From positions 2,576 through 66,575 of the forward strand of contig DATGGA010000025.1 of the NCBI GenBank assembly GCA_035308765.1: a DNA stretch of 64,000 bases. Direction: 5' to 3'. The position numbers were made by a program, and so were the translations under genes. The notes beneath the pieces were generated by a model, which made no database searches, was not told the origin of the DNA, and saw only the letters and a list, made by a program, of their open reading frames with translations. Position 1 is the stretch's first letter. The number at the start of each line of letters is the position of its first letter. This DNA comes from Burkholderiales bacterium. GTDB lineage: Bacteria > Pseudomonadota > Gammaproteobacteria > Burkholderiales > SG8-39. Of the stretch, positions 17,255-26,727 are shown in pieces.

Positions 17255-17330
17255 TTCATTCTCCCGATGCAAATGCCGCGCGGCTGTGCGCCCGGCCCGA
17301 GCAACTCAGGATGATACGGCCTATCGCACA

Positions 17331-17816
17331 CTACTTTCTACCGAGGTCGTGGATGGCATCCGCAATCATGCCGGTCCCTGCCGCGATCAGCAGGATGTCG
17401 CCCGCCACGCGCACGTAGCGGTATCCGGCGGGCGGCGCGCCCAGTTGCACGACCAGCGCGGGCGGCACGTCGTACCGGACCACCTCGGGCGGCAGAGGCC
17501 GGCCGACGGCCCATTTTTTTGCCTGGCCGGGCGGCATGCAACCGTCGTGCTTCTTGGCGAGGCCAGGCGGGCACCTGCCGGCTTGAAATTCCCCCTGGTA
17601 GTAATCCCGTACGGCTGTCCGGTGGCGATCGGCGAAATGGTGTCCGCCTTTTTCGTCCCGCCGGTCGTCATGGCCGCGGTCCTGCTCACCCTTCGCTTCC
17701 CGCTCCTCGCCCTTGCCGGCCCAGGGCGGTTTGTCCGCGAGCACCGGGACCGCAACCACCGCCGCCGAGGCCGCCACAGCAAGGATACGAATCGTTCCCA
17801 GAATCGCATGTCGCAC
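17331..17816 (-). CDS. CigR/RcnB-like periplasmic protein
   Basis: 161 aa with a signal peptide and a charged H/D/R-rich middle. The C-terminal part is PPGQAKKWAVGRPLPPEV...LGAPPAGYRYVRVAGDILLIAAGTGMIADAI. Confidence 0.65.
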   Translation of the reverse strand: MRHAILGTIRILAVAASAAVVAVPVLADKPPWAGKGEEREAKGEQDRGHDDRRDEKGGHHFADRHRTAVRDYYQGEFQAGRCPPGLAKKHDGCMPPGQAKKWAVGRPLPPEVVRYDVPPALVVQLGAPPAGYRYVRVAGDILLIAAGTGMIADAIHDLGRK

Positions 17817-17938
17817 GAATCATTCCTCCATATTTGCCAAACGCCCAGCATACGCTTCGCGTTTACGAGGATTTGCTCCCGCATTCGGCGGGATGTGACA
17901 TTCGTCACTCTTGCGCGCGCGGCGAGCGGTCGAGAAAT

Positions 17939-18014
<76 letters not shown>

Positions 18015-18217
18015 ATACCTGCCGCATCGACGCGCCGGCCGCCGCCCACGGCGAGCGGCGGATTATACGCCCGCTGCCGCCGCCTCAGGCGCGTGAACCA
18101 GTTCCGCTATACTCGGCCGCGCCGCGCCGTCCGGTCCGCGATTCCTGCCGTTGGTCGCCCGACTTTGCGGCATGGACGGCGCCTAACTAATATCCACCAT
18201 CGAGAAAGGATCGCTCC

Positions 18218-18628
18218 ATGCGCCGCCCAAGGGAGAGGGGATTCACCCTCATCGAAGTTATGATCACCGTCGTCATCGTCGGCATTCTTGCCGCGATCGC
18301 GTTGCCGTCGTACAACCAGTACCTCACCAAGTCGCGCCGCTCCGAGGCGCAGCAGTTGATGACGCAGATCTCCTCGCAGCAGGCGCAGTATCTCTTCGAC
18401 GCGAGGAGCTACACCGCGACGCTCGGTCCGAGCGGCCTGAACATGGCCCGCTCCAACTGGACGTGCACCACCAACTGCGTCGGCCAGTACTACACGGTCT
18501 CGATTTCTACCCTCACCAACACCGCGACCCCTCCGTATTACCAGATAACGGCGACGCCGAGCGGCTCCCAGATTCCGGACGGCAACCTCACGCTCGACAG
18601 CGTCGGCGCGAAGACCGGCACCTGGTAG
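18218..18628 (+). CDS. pilE: type IV pilin, PilE-like
   Basis: 136 aa. The prepilin leader and cleavage motif is [45 protein letters not shown] is present. Confidence 0.85.
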   Translation: MRRPRERGFTLIEVMITVVIVGILAAIALPSYNQYLTKSRRSEAQQLMTQISSQQAQYLFDARSYTATLGPSGLNMARSNWTCTTNCVGQYYTVSISTLTNTATPPYYQITATPSGSQIPDGNLTLDSVGAKTGTW

Positions 18629-18633
18629 GCGAC

Positions 18634-19122
18634 ATGGAGCGCGGATTCACCCTCATCGAAGTGATGGTCACCGTGGCGATAGTCGCGGTGCTCGCAAGTT
18701 TCGCGCTGCCGGGAGTGCGCGACTACCTCGCCACCGGCGCGATCCGCGCGGCCAGTTCTGACTACTACGCGGCACTGCTCGCGGCGCGCTCGGAAGCGAT
18801 CAAGCGGCGCACCAATGCGGTTGTCGCGCCCATTGGAACCACCTGGAACACCGGCTGGACGGTCACGGTGGGCGGCAACCTGTTCCAGCAGGCCGACGCG
18901 CTGCGGCCCGACATCTCAGTGCAGGTGAACGTCCCGGCATCCGCCACCACGACGCCGGTGACCTACGGGTCGAACGGCCGCGTGAGTTCAGGCGCGCAGA
19001 TGGTCATTTTTTATTCGCCCACGCAAACCAGGATATTCGCGCGCTGCGTGAGCGTCGACACCAACGGCCTGCCGCGCGTGCGGATCGCCAACACCAATGT
19101 AGCGACCAATGGCTGCACCTGA
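18634..19122 (+). CDS. fimT: GspH/FimT family minor pseudopilin
   Basis: Internal ATG: [32 protein letters not shown]...RSEAIKRRTN, with the FimT/FimU-type C-terminal domain. Confidence 0.8.
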   Translation: MERGFTLIEVMVTVAIVAVLASFALPGVRDYLATGAIRAASSDYYAALLAARSEAIKRRTNAVVAPIGTTWNTGWTVTVGGNLFQQADALRPDISVQVNVPASATTTPVTYGSNGRVSSGAQMVIFYSPTQTRIFARCVSVDTNGLPRVRIANTNVATNGCT

Positions 19123-19756
19123 GAGAACAACACGCGGGCGCTCCTCGCAAGCGGGCTTCTCGCTGATCGAGATCCTGGTCGCGCTGCTGATCCTGACGGT
19201 CGGCCTGCTCGGGCTCGCCGGGATGCAGGCGGTGGCCCAGCGCTCCGAGGTCGAGTCCTACCAGCGCGCCCAGGCAATGGTGCTCATGAACGACATCCTC
19301 GACCGCATTAACGCCAATCGCAAGGCAGCCGCCTGCTACGCGATCACGACGGACTTTACCAATGGCGTGCCGTATGTCGGCACCAGCGGCTCCGGCCAAT
19401 ACAGCACCGGCGGCTACTCCTGCCCTTCGCTCGCCAGCAATCCGAACGCGGCTTCGCGCGCCGGCATTGACCTGCAGCTCATCGAGCAGGCGATGCTCGG
19501 CGCGAGCGAAACCCTGGGCAGCGCCAGCGTCGGTGCGCTGCTCGGCGCGCGCGCCTGCATCGGTTTCGACAGCGCGGCGCAGGCCTACACCGTCGCGATT
19601 GCCTGGCAGGGCCAGTCGCAAACGTTTTCGCCGGCCTCCTGGGCGGCGGGCAACAACCCGGCGGTTGCGCGCAACTGCGCGCTCAACCTGTACGGCACCG
19701 ACACCCAGCGCCGCGTAATCTGGACCACGCTGATGGTCGCCTCCCTGAGCAGCTGA
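19109..19756 (+). CDS. pilV: type IV pilus modification protein PilV
   Basis: QAG/FSLIEILVALLILTVGLLGLAGMQ is the PilV hallmark. Confidence 0.85.
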   Translation: MAAPERTTRGRSSQAGFSLIEILVALLILTVGLLGLAGMQAVAQRSEVESYQRAQAMVLMNDILDRINANRKAAACYAITTDFTNGVPYVGTSGSGQYSTGGYSCPSLASNPNAASRAGIDLQLIEQAMLGASETLGSASVGALLGARACIGFDSAAQAYTVAIAWQGQSQTFSPASWAAGNNPAVARNCALNLYGTDTQRRVIWTTLMVASLSS

Positions 19757-19760
19757 CGCT

Positions 19761-20942
19761 ATGGTATCGACGATGGGCACCCGCAGCGCCCAGGCCGGCC
19801 TCTCGATCGTCGAGTTGATGGTTGCCATCACCATCGGCCTGCTGCTTCTGGCGGGGCTCGCCTCGATGTTCGGAAGCTCCAGCCGATCGCAGAACGAACT
19901 GCGGCGGGCGGCGGAGCAGATAGAGAACGGCCGCTACGCCATGGACACGATGACGCAGGACTTGCAGCTCGCCGGCTACTTCGGTCAGAACCGCGTCACC
20001 AGCACGCCGCCGACGTCGATGCCCGATCCCTGTACGCTGACGATAGCGAACATGACCACGGCGGTCGCGATCGGAGTGCAGGGATACAGCTCGGGCGGAC
20101 TGAGCAGCAGGCCCGCGCTTCCGGCAAGTTGCGCCACCTGGTTGCCCAACGCAAACCTCTCCAAGGGCAGCGACGTCGTCATCGTGTACCGCACGAACAC
20201 CAGTTATCTGCCGATCGGGACGGCCACGACCGCAGGCCAGTTGTACGTCCAGACCAACCCGGCGACATTCACAGTGCAGAACGGCGGCGGCACCACCAGC
20301 TGCACCAGCGGCGCGGACGGCAGCGCCTCGTCCATCACCCGCCGCTGCCTCACCCCCAACACCCTGCCCGACGAAATCTGCTCCTCGCTCTGTCCCGGCG
20401 GCTCGCCGGTTGGGTACATCCGCCAGCTCGTGGTGCACATATATTTTGTCGCGCCCTGCAACGTGCCCACCGGCGGCGGCAGCATCTGCACTGGCACGAC
20501 TGATGACGGCGGCACGCGCATTCCGACCCTGAAGCGCCTGGAGCTGACCGCATCCGGCGGCGCGGCCACATTCCAGATCACATCGATCGCGGAAGGCGTG
20601 GAATTCATGAAAGTCGAATATGGCATCGACGACACGCCTTCGGCTGTGAACACGCAGACCGGTCTGGTCGGCGACGGCGCCACCGACCGGTATGTGCTGG
20701 CGCCGGCATTGTCAGACCTGACGAACGCGGTGACCGTGCGGGTCGACTTGCTCGTACGTAACCCCGAGCCCTCGATCGGTTACACCGACTCGAAGACCTA
20801 CAACCTGGGCGTCAACCCGGCCCTCCCCACGAGCCCGGCCGTCACCGTCACTTCAGTGAACTACGCCCCCACCTATCGGCGTCATGTCTACAGCTCGGAA
20901 ATCCGGCTGGTCAACCTGAGCAGCCGCAAGGAGAATCCGTGA
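19761..20942 (+). CDS. pilW: type IV pilus assembly protein PilW
   Basis: QAG/LSIVELMVAITIGLLLLAGLASMF...ENGRYAMDTMTQDLQLAGY. Length is 393 aa. Confidence 0.85.
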   Translation: MVSTMGTRSAQAGLSIVELMVAITIGLLLLAGLASMFGSSSRSQNELRRAAEQIENGRYAMDTMTQDLQLAGYFGQNRVTSTPPTSMPDPCTLTIANMTTAVAIGVQGYSSGGLSSRPALPASCATWLPNANLSKGSDVVIVYRTNTSYLPIGTATTAGQLYVQTNPATFTVQNGGGTTSCTSGADGSASSITRRCLTPNTLPDEICSSLCPGGSPVGYIRQLVVHIYFVAPCNVPTGGGSICTGTTDDGGTRIPTLKRLELTASGGAATFQITSIAEGVEFMKVEYGIDDTPSAVNTQTGLVGDGATDRYVLAPALSDLTNAVTVRVDLLVRNPEPSIGYTDSKTYNLGVNPALPTSPAVTVTSVNYAPTYRRHVYSSEIRLVNLSSRKENP

Positions 20943-21451
20943 GTCGCGGGCTTCGCGCGCAGCGCGGGATGACGCTGCTGATCGCGCTCATCATGCTGAT
21001 CGTGATGACGATGTTCGTGGTGTCGATGGTGAAGATCGGCAACACCAACACCACCATCGTCAGCAATATGCGCGCCCAGAAATCGGTCGATACCGAAGCG
21101 CAGCAGCAGATCGAGATCGCGATCAACAGGTACCAGTTCTTCAGCGACGTCATCGGCGGCGCCGGGGGCTGGGCGAGCGCCCCGACGTACCTGACCGCAG
21201 CCCAGCTGTGGGCGACCTACGCGCCGCCTGGCGCGAGCACCGAGACCGCGACGCAGTCCAACGACCTCAGGCTCTACCGCCCGCAATGCAACTATGCCGC
21301 GCCGGCCAGCGGCTACAGCGCCCTCTCCGGCGTCGCGCCGCAGGACACGTACTGGGACATCGAGGCGACGGCGAGCGACTCGACAACCGGCGCCTCGACC
21401 GAAATCCACCAGGGCATCTGGATGCGGCTGCCCGCCGGCAATTGCAATTAG
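20939..21451 (+). CDS. pilX: PilX-like minor pilin
   Basis: GTG start in a GTGA overlap with the pilW stop. QRGMTLLIALIMLIVMTMFVVS has the PilX_N-type hydrophobic N-terminus. The position between pilW and pilY1 fits. Confidence 0.75.
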   Translation: MSRGLRAQRGMTLLIALIMLIVMTMFVVSMVKIGNTNTTIVSNMRAQKSVDTEAQQQIEIAINRYQFFSDVIGGAGGWASAPTYLTAAQLWATYAPPGASTETATQSNDLRLYRPQCNYAAPASGYSALSGVAPQDTYWDIEATASDSTTGASTEIHQGIWMRLPAGNCN

Positions 21452-21474
21452 GAACAAATGAATCTGGAGCAATC

Positions 21475-24400
21475 ATGAAAGTATTCCAACAAAACCTGAT
21501 GACAGCGCTGCTCGCCTTCCTGTTGACGGCCGCGACCGTGCCGGCCTTGGCGGCGGGCGTCGACCTCGTGGGAGACGACACGGACCTGTTCACGACGAAT
21601 CCAAGCATCCCGGCGGAGGTTCCGAACGTCCTGGTCGTCCTGGACAATACCTCTAACTGGTCGCAGCAGGCGCAGCAATGGCCTGCGACTCTCGATCCAG
21701 CCTGCGTGAGCGCGGGGATGACCGGCACCGCCCAAGGTGATGCCGAGATCTGCGCAATTTTCCTTACCATCCAGAATCTGACGTCGTCGGTGAACGTGGG
21801 CCTGATGATGTTCGACGATCAAAACAAGGGCGCATACGTCCGTTTTCCGATGGGTTCCATGACGCCGGCCAATATCGCGACGTTCAAGTCGATCTTGGTC
21901 AACATCAGTACCAACAATCCGGGCGACAAGACCAGCTCGAACACGGCGTACGAGAACCCGATGAACGACGTGTTCCGTTACTTCAACAGCCTGGCGACCT
22001 TAACGCAAAACGCAGCGCCCACGCCGCAGGCGAACGTCGGCGGCTACACCGATTCGACGATGAATAACTTCAGCTTTCTCCCCGGACAGAGCGGCGATAC
22101 CTGCGGTTTCGACTACATCATCTTCATCGGCAACGGCTTTCCAAACGCCGGCAGCCTCACGCCCGACATGGCCACTGCCTCCGGGTTGCTAAACGACTCG
22201 GCGAATATCGTCCTGAACACGACGCCGATCCAGAACACCGGCAGCAACGCCGACGTATGGTCGCGTTTTCTCTTTCAGTACGGGGTCAAAGTGGGTGCCG
22301 GCGCCTACCGCCATGTCACGACCTACACGATCAACGTCTGCAACGCCAAATGCACGGCAAACCAGACGGCCTTGAACCAGATCACGCTGCTGCAAAGCAT
22401 GGCCACCGTGAGCCAGGGCAAGTATTTTCTCGCCACGAGTATCGGCGCGATCGAATCCGCTCTAGCCAGTATTTTTGCGGAAGTGCAAGCGGTCAACAGC
22501 GTGTTCGCAGCAACGACGCTGCCGGTTTCGATCAACGTGCGCGGCACCAACCTGAACCAGGTGTACATCGGCGTGTTCCGGCCGGATCCGACCTCCAGCC
22601 CGCGCTGGTTCGGCAACCTGAAGCAGTATCAACTTGGCCTCAATGCCTCGACGAACTCCCTGCAGCTCGTCGACGCGACCGGCGCGCAAGCGGTGAACCT
22701 CAACACGGGATTCATCACGAACACGGCAACGAGCTTTTGGACGACCACCTATAACGCCCAGGGCACCACGCCGGCGCTGGGATTCTGGTCATTCCGCGGG
22801 CCAAGTTACGCCACCACGGATGTCGGCAAGGATCAGGACTCGCCGGATGGCGACCTCGTCGAGAAAGGCGGCGGCGCGGAAATGATCCGCATGACCTATC
22901 CCATGCCAGACTCGACCGCCGCGCAGACGCGCAACCTGTACACCTGCACCGGCTCCTGCGCCGCGGGAAGCACGCTGTCAAGCTATCTTTTCAATACCTC
23001 TAACTCCGATATCACCGCGGCGCTGCTGGGCACATTCCAAGCAATCAGCGTATCGTCGCTTAGCGCTTCGGGGACGACGGCCACCGCCGTAACGTCCGCG
23101 GCCCATGGATTTTCTGTCGGGAATGTCGTCACAATCGCCGGCGCCGTGCCCAATCTGTTCAACGGCAATTACACTATTGTCACCGTCCCGAACGCGACCA
23201 GCTTTACCTACACGCTTTCGTCTGCGCCGGATACGACGCACGCATACGTGACGCTGCCGGGATACACGCTCGTACCGGCCACGGATCTCGTCACGGTCTC
23301 TGGAGCGACGCCAACCGCCTACAACGTCGCCAGCACGGCAATTTCGGCGGTTGTCGGCAACGCGAACCAGTTCTCATACGTATTGGGTTCATCGCCGACA
23401 ACGGCGGCCAGCGGATATTCAGTTACGGGGATACGTCAAGTCCAGGTGTCAAGCGGGACGAGCAAGGTCACGTGGTCAAATGGCTCGGCGTTGAACAATG
23501 TAACGGTCTCTCTGGCCAACCACGGCTATAGCAGCGCCGATACGGTCGCCATCACAGGAGCAACGGACGCGGCCTTCAATACGGCCGGGTCGACAATCGT
23601 CAAGGTCGACAACAACACATTCACCTACACGACCGCGTCGACTCCCGCTGGCGGCACGACCACGACCGGAGTAGTGACTCTCACGGGCTCGCTGCCAAGC
23701 GGTTGGGGTAGCGGGACTGTAGTCAAGATTTCCGGCGTAACGAATCAGACGAACTACAACACTGCATCCACCGGCACCAGTATCTCGCATGTTTCCGGCA
23801 ATACGTTCCAGTACACCACCTCCGGAACCGTCGCCAGCGCTGCAAGCGGCACCATGGTCGCCAACCAGGTGGTCGCGAGCGATACCAGCACGTGGACGGT
23901 CAGCTCTGCCGCAGCGCAGAGCGTCACGGCGACGGCGAACCTCGACAGCACCTGGAACATAAGCAACGTCGTTGCGAGCGGCAGCGGCAGCAACCAAAAC
24001 CTGAGTATTACGCTAAACAAGGCGCAATTTACCGATGTCGTATCCGGCAAACCGAACGTTTTGAGGCAGCTACAGGTAGGCGACGCTATCAGCATCGCGG
24101 GAACCTGCACTTACAAAGTGGGGAGCGCTACCAATCAATGCAATGGGCTCAGCATCCTCTCGGTCAGCGGCAATACTGCAAACGCAACCAACCCCAATTC
24201 CACTTCCTTTACGAATCTCAACACCTCCGTCACGGTGGTCCTCTCCGTGGGCGCAAACATCGGCACGATAAGTTTCAGTGGCGCGACAATGTTGTACGCC
24301 GGCACGAGCAGCGCGACAGGCAATTTCGGCATCCGGTTCACGCTCAGCCGCGGCCAGTACTCCGGGCAGCTCCTGCACCAGCTCGCGCCGGGGGATTCGC

Positions 24401-26727
24401 TTGCCTTCGCGAACTGCTCGTATACGGCGGGCGGCGTGAGTAATATTTGTAGCGGCACCGTCGCGGCGGTGTCTGGAAATTCCAGTATCACGAACGCCCC
24501 TCCGGTCGCTGCCAACACCTACGCAGATATTACGGGCACGGTTACCGTCGATGTGGTTCAAAGCTCGCCCGGTGCGATCAGCGCGGTCACAACGACCAAC
24601 ACGGCAGCAGGCGTAGCGCCGCTCGGCACCGCAACTACACTGGCCTGGACCGGTCAAACCATCGGTGCAAATGTGGCGATCACATCCATTGTTCCCGGCC
24701 CATTGACGGTGCAAGCCGCCGGAACGATCTATGCGTCGAAGTCGGGCGATCTGACGAGCAAGGTGACCTCGATCGCCAACCAGTCGGTGGCGACCGGAAC
24801 CATTACCGCCGGCCTCGCCAGCAACCCCGATCCGAACGAGCGGGCAGAGCTTATCAACTGGGTGCGCGGCCAGGACAACAAGGACGACGAGAACATAAAC
24901 GGGATCTCCACGGACGTGCGCTCTTCCGTGCACGGCGACGTGCTGCATTCGCGGCCGGCGGTGGTCAACTACAACCGGTTCGGCGACAACAACGACGTCT
25001 ACATCTTCTACGGCTCCAACGATGGCCTGCTGCGCGCGATCAAGGGGGGCCAGGCGACCGACGGCACCGCGGGCCAGGAGCAATGGGCGTTCATCGCGCC
25101 GGAATTCTTCGGCAAGGTGAAGCGCCTGCGCAACCAGACGCCGGCGATCTCTTCCACCAGTCCCAAGGACTATTTCTTCGACGGGCCGATCGGGGTCTAT
25201 ACGCTCGATGCGAACAACGACGGCAAGCTCAATGCCGCGGACGGCGACAAGGTGTACCTGTTCCTGGCGATGCGCCGCGGCGGACGCATGGTCTACGCGC
25301 TCGACGTGACCAATCCGACCAGTCCCAAGCTGCTGTGGAAGCATGGCTGCACGAATCCCACCGGCACGGGAAGCACCGGCGGCTGCGACACCGGATGGGA
25401 CCAGCTTGGGCAAACCTGGTCCCAGCCGCAGTTGGCCTACCTGAACGCCTTTCCCACTACGCTCGCGCTCATTTTCGGGGCGGGCTACGACTCGCCGGCC
25501 GAGGATTTCCAGCCCTGCGTTGTTACCGCGTTCAATTCCGGCTCGGTCACCGGCTTGACGAATGTCGTCTTCCCGATCCCGATGACGACCGCCAACTGTC
25601 CGCCGACGGGCGGCACCAGCACGACGAACAACCGGACCATGGGCCGCGGCATATTCATCGTCAACGCCGCGACCGGGGCGATACTGCAGCGGATCGGCCC
25701 AGATTCGAGCGCCAACCTGCAAGTCACCGGGATGACTTACGCCATTCCGGCGGACCTGGCGATCCTCAAGAACCGCGCCAACACCAGCGCGCGCGCATCG
25801 TCGATCGGCACGGAAAGCGTCACGGCCGGCTACATCGACAGGATCTACGCACCGGACACCGGCGGCAACGTGTGGCGGATCGACGTATCGGATTCCAACA
25901 CCGCCAACTGGGTGGCGACGCAATTCGCCTCGATCGCGCCCGCGAGCGGCTCCTCGACGACGACCGGATCGCCGGCGGCGGCGAACATGCGCAAGCTCGA
26001 ATTCCAGTCCGACGTGGTCTACTCGAGCGACGCGAACGGCAGCTTCGACGCGGTGCTCGTGGGCAGCGGAGACCGCGAGCATCCCTTCGACCAGGTCGTT
26101 GCCAACCGCTTCTACATGTTGAAGGACCGCAATGTCGCCACCATCACGCCCGCGATGGTGACGCCGACGCCGCCGGCGACGATCACGGAGAGCGGCCTTT
26201 TCGACATCACCAACGGCTGCCTGCAAAGCGCGACTAACTGCACGGGATCGCAAACGCAAGCCACCGCGGCGGCTTCATTGCTGGGCGCTTCAGGATGGCT
26301 GATGCAGCTCGCCAACACCGGCGAGAAAACGATCGCGCCGGCCACGACGGCGAACGGCACGGTCATATTCAACACCAACCAGCCGAAACAGGACACGGTC
26401 ACCGGTACCGCGAACAACACGACGTCGGGCGCGGGCAATTCCTGCGTTTCCGATCTCGGCACCGCCCGGCAGTACGGGGTGAGCTTCCTGAACGGCAACC
26501 CCTCGTATATCTACAACCAGCTGCCCTCGCAATACGTTCCCACGTCGGGCCTCGGCCGCTACGCCACCTTCGCCGGCGGCGGGTTCCTGCCGCAGCCGGT
26601 GCCTGCGGTCGTGCAGATCGGCGGCAAGTACTACCAGACGATAATTTCGGGCGTGACCACCACCAACCCGGGAGGCTTGTCGCTCCAGAATCGCGTGCGG
26701 ACTTACTGGTACAAGAAGGTGGATTGA
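21475..26727 (+). CDS. pilY1: type IV pilus tip adhesin / biogenesis factor PilY1, unusually long (1750 aa)
   Basis: Internal ATG of the 21208..26727 ORF gives the signal peptide MKVFQQNLMTALLAFLLTAATVPALAAG. The N-terminal part is vWA-like (VLVVLDNTSNWS). Conserved PilY1/PilC blocks are ELINWVRGQDN, HGDVLHSRPAVVNY, VYIFYGSNDGLLRAI, MRRGGRMVYALDVTNP and GQTWSQP. An EF-hand-like loop DANNDGKLN is present. Confidence 0.9.
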   Translation: MKVFQQNLMTALLAFLLTAATVPALAAGVDLVGDDTDLFTTNPSIPAEVPNVLVVLDNTSNWSQQAQQWPATLDPACVSAGMTGTAQGDAEICAIFLTIQNLTSSVNVGLMMFDDQNKGAYVRFPMGSMTPANIATFKSILVNISTNNPGDKTSSNTAYENPMNDVFRYFNSLATLTQNAAPTPQANVGGYTDSTMNNFSFLPGQSGDTCGFDYIIFIGNGFPNAGSLTPDMATASGLLNDSANIVLNTTPIQNTGSNADVWSRFLFQYGVKVGAGAYRHVTTYTINVCNAKCTANQTALNQITLLQSMATVSQGKYFLATSIGAIESALASIFAEVQAVNSVFAATTLPVSINVRGTNLNQVYIGVFRPDPTSSPRWFGNLKQYQLGLNASTNSLQLVDATGAQAVNLNTGFITNTATSFWTTTYNAQGTTPALGFWSFRGPSYATTDVGKDQDSPDGDLVEKGGGAEMIRMTYPMPDSTAAQTRNLYTCTGSCAAGSTLSSYLFNTSNSDITAALLGTFQAISVSSLSASGTTATAVTSAAHGFSVGNVVTIAGAVPNLFNGNYTIVTVPNATSFTYTLSSAPDTTHAYVTLPGYTLVPATDLVTVSGATPTAYNVASTAISAVVGNANQFSYVLGSSPTTAASGYSVTGIRQVQVSSGTSKVTWSNGSALNNVTVSLANHGYSSADTVAITGATDAAFNTAGSTIVKVDNNTFTYTTASTPAGGTTTTGVVTLTGSLPSGWGSGTVVKISGVTNQTNYNTASTGTSISHVSGNTFQYTTSGTVASAASGTMVANQVVASDTSTWTVSSAAAQSVTATANLDSTWNISNVVASGSGSNQNLSITLNKAQFTDVVSGKPNVLRQLQVGDAISIAGTCTYKVGSATNQCNGLSILSVSGNTANATNPNSTSFTNLNTSVTVVLSVGANIGTISFSGATMLYAGTSSATGNFGIRFTLSRGQYSGQLLHQLAPGDSLAFANCSYTAGGVSNICSGTVAAVSGNSSITNAPPVAANTYADITGTVTVDVVQSSPGAISAVTTTNTAAGVAPLGTATTLAWTGQTIGANVAITSIVPGPLTVQAAGTIYASKSGDLTSKVTSIANQSVATGTITAGLASNPDPNERAELINWVRGQDNKDDENINGISTDVRSSVHGDVLHSRPAVVNYNRFGDNNDVYIFYGSNDGLLRAIKGGQATDGTAGQEQWAFIAPEFFGKVKRLRNQTPAISSTSPKDYFFDGPIGVYTLDANNDGKLNAADGDKVYLFLAMRRGGRMVYALDVTNPTSPKLLWKHGCTNPTGTGSTGGCDTGWDQLGQTWSQPQLAYLNAFPTTLALIFGAGYDSPAEDFQPCVVTAFNSGSVTGLTNVVFPIPMTTANCPPTGGTSTTNNRTMGRGIFIVNAATGAILQRIGPDSSANLQVTGMTYAIPADLAILKNRANTSARASSIGTESVTAGYIDRIYAPDTGGNVWRIDVSDSNTANWVATQFASIAPASGSSTTTGSPAAANMRKLEFQSDVVYSSDANGSFDAVLVGSGDREHPFDQVVANRFYMLKDRNVATITPAMVTPTPPATITESGLFDITNGCLQSATNCTGSQTQATAAASLLGASGWLMQLANTGEKTIAPATTANGTVIFNTNQPKQDTVTGTANNTTSGAGNSCVSDLGTARQYGVSFLNGNPSYIYNQLPSQYVPTSGLGRYATFAGGGFLPQPVPAVVQIGGKYYQTIISGVTTTNPGGLSLQNRVRTYWYKKVD

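Noticed and set aside
18040-18087. Three mutually complementary GC segments (CCGCCGC / GCGGCGG / CCGCCGC) that could form alternative, attenuator-like hairpins between the tRNA-Thr and pilE genes
   Set aside because: These are simple (CCG)n-like low-complexity sequences in a high-GC genome. There is no leader peptide or U-tract. The pairing is probably fortuitous.
18152-18168. Sigma-54 promoter (TGG-N-TTGC) upstream of the pilE-like gene: TGGTCGCCCGACTTTGC
   Set aside because: The GG and GC elements are two nucleotides further apart than the spacing required by the TGGCAC-N5-TTGC consensus, so this is not a credible RpoN site.
23041-24822. PilY1 internal repeats as a nucleotide-level tandem repeat, VNTR or CRISPR-like array
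   Set aside because: The units are similar only at the protein-motif level. Nucleotide sequences differ throughout and unit lengths vary. There is no repeat-spacer architecture.
24070-26259. 729-aa minus-strand ORF inside pilY1
   Set aside because: It is antisense to the conserved PilY1 propeller region, is Arg-rich, and has no motifs, so it is a shadow ORF.
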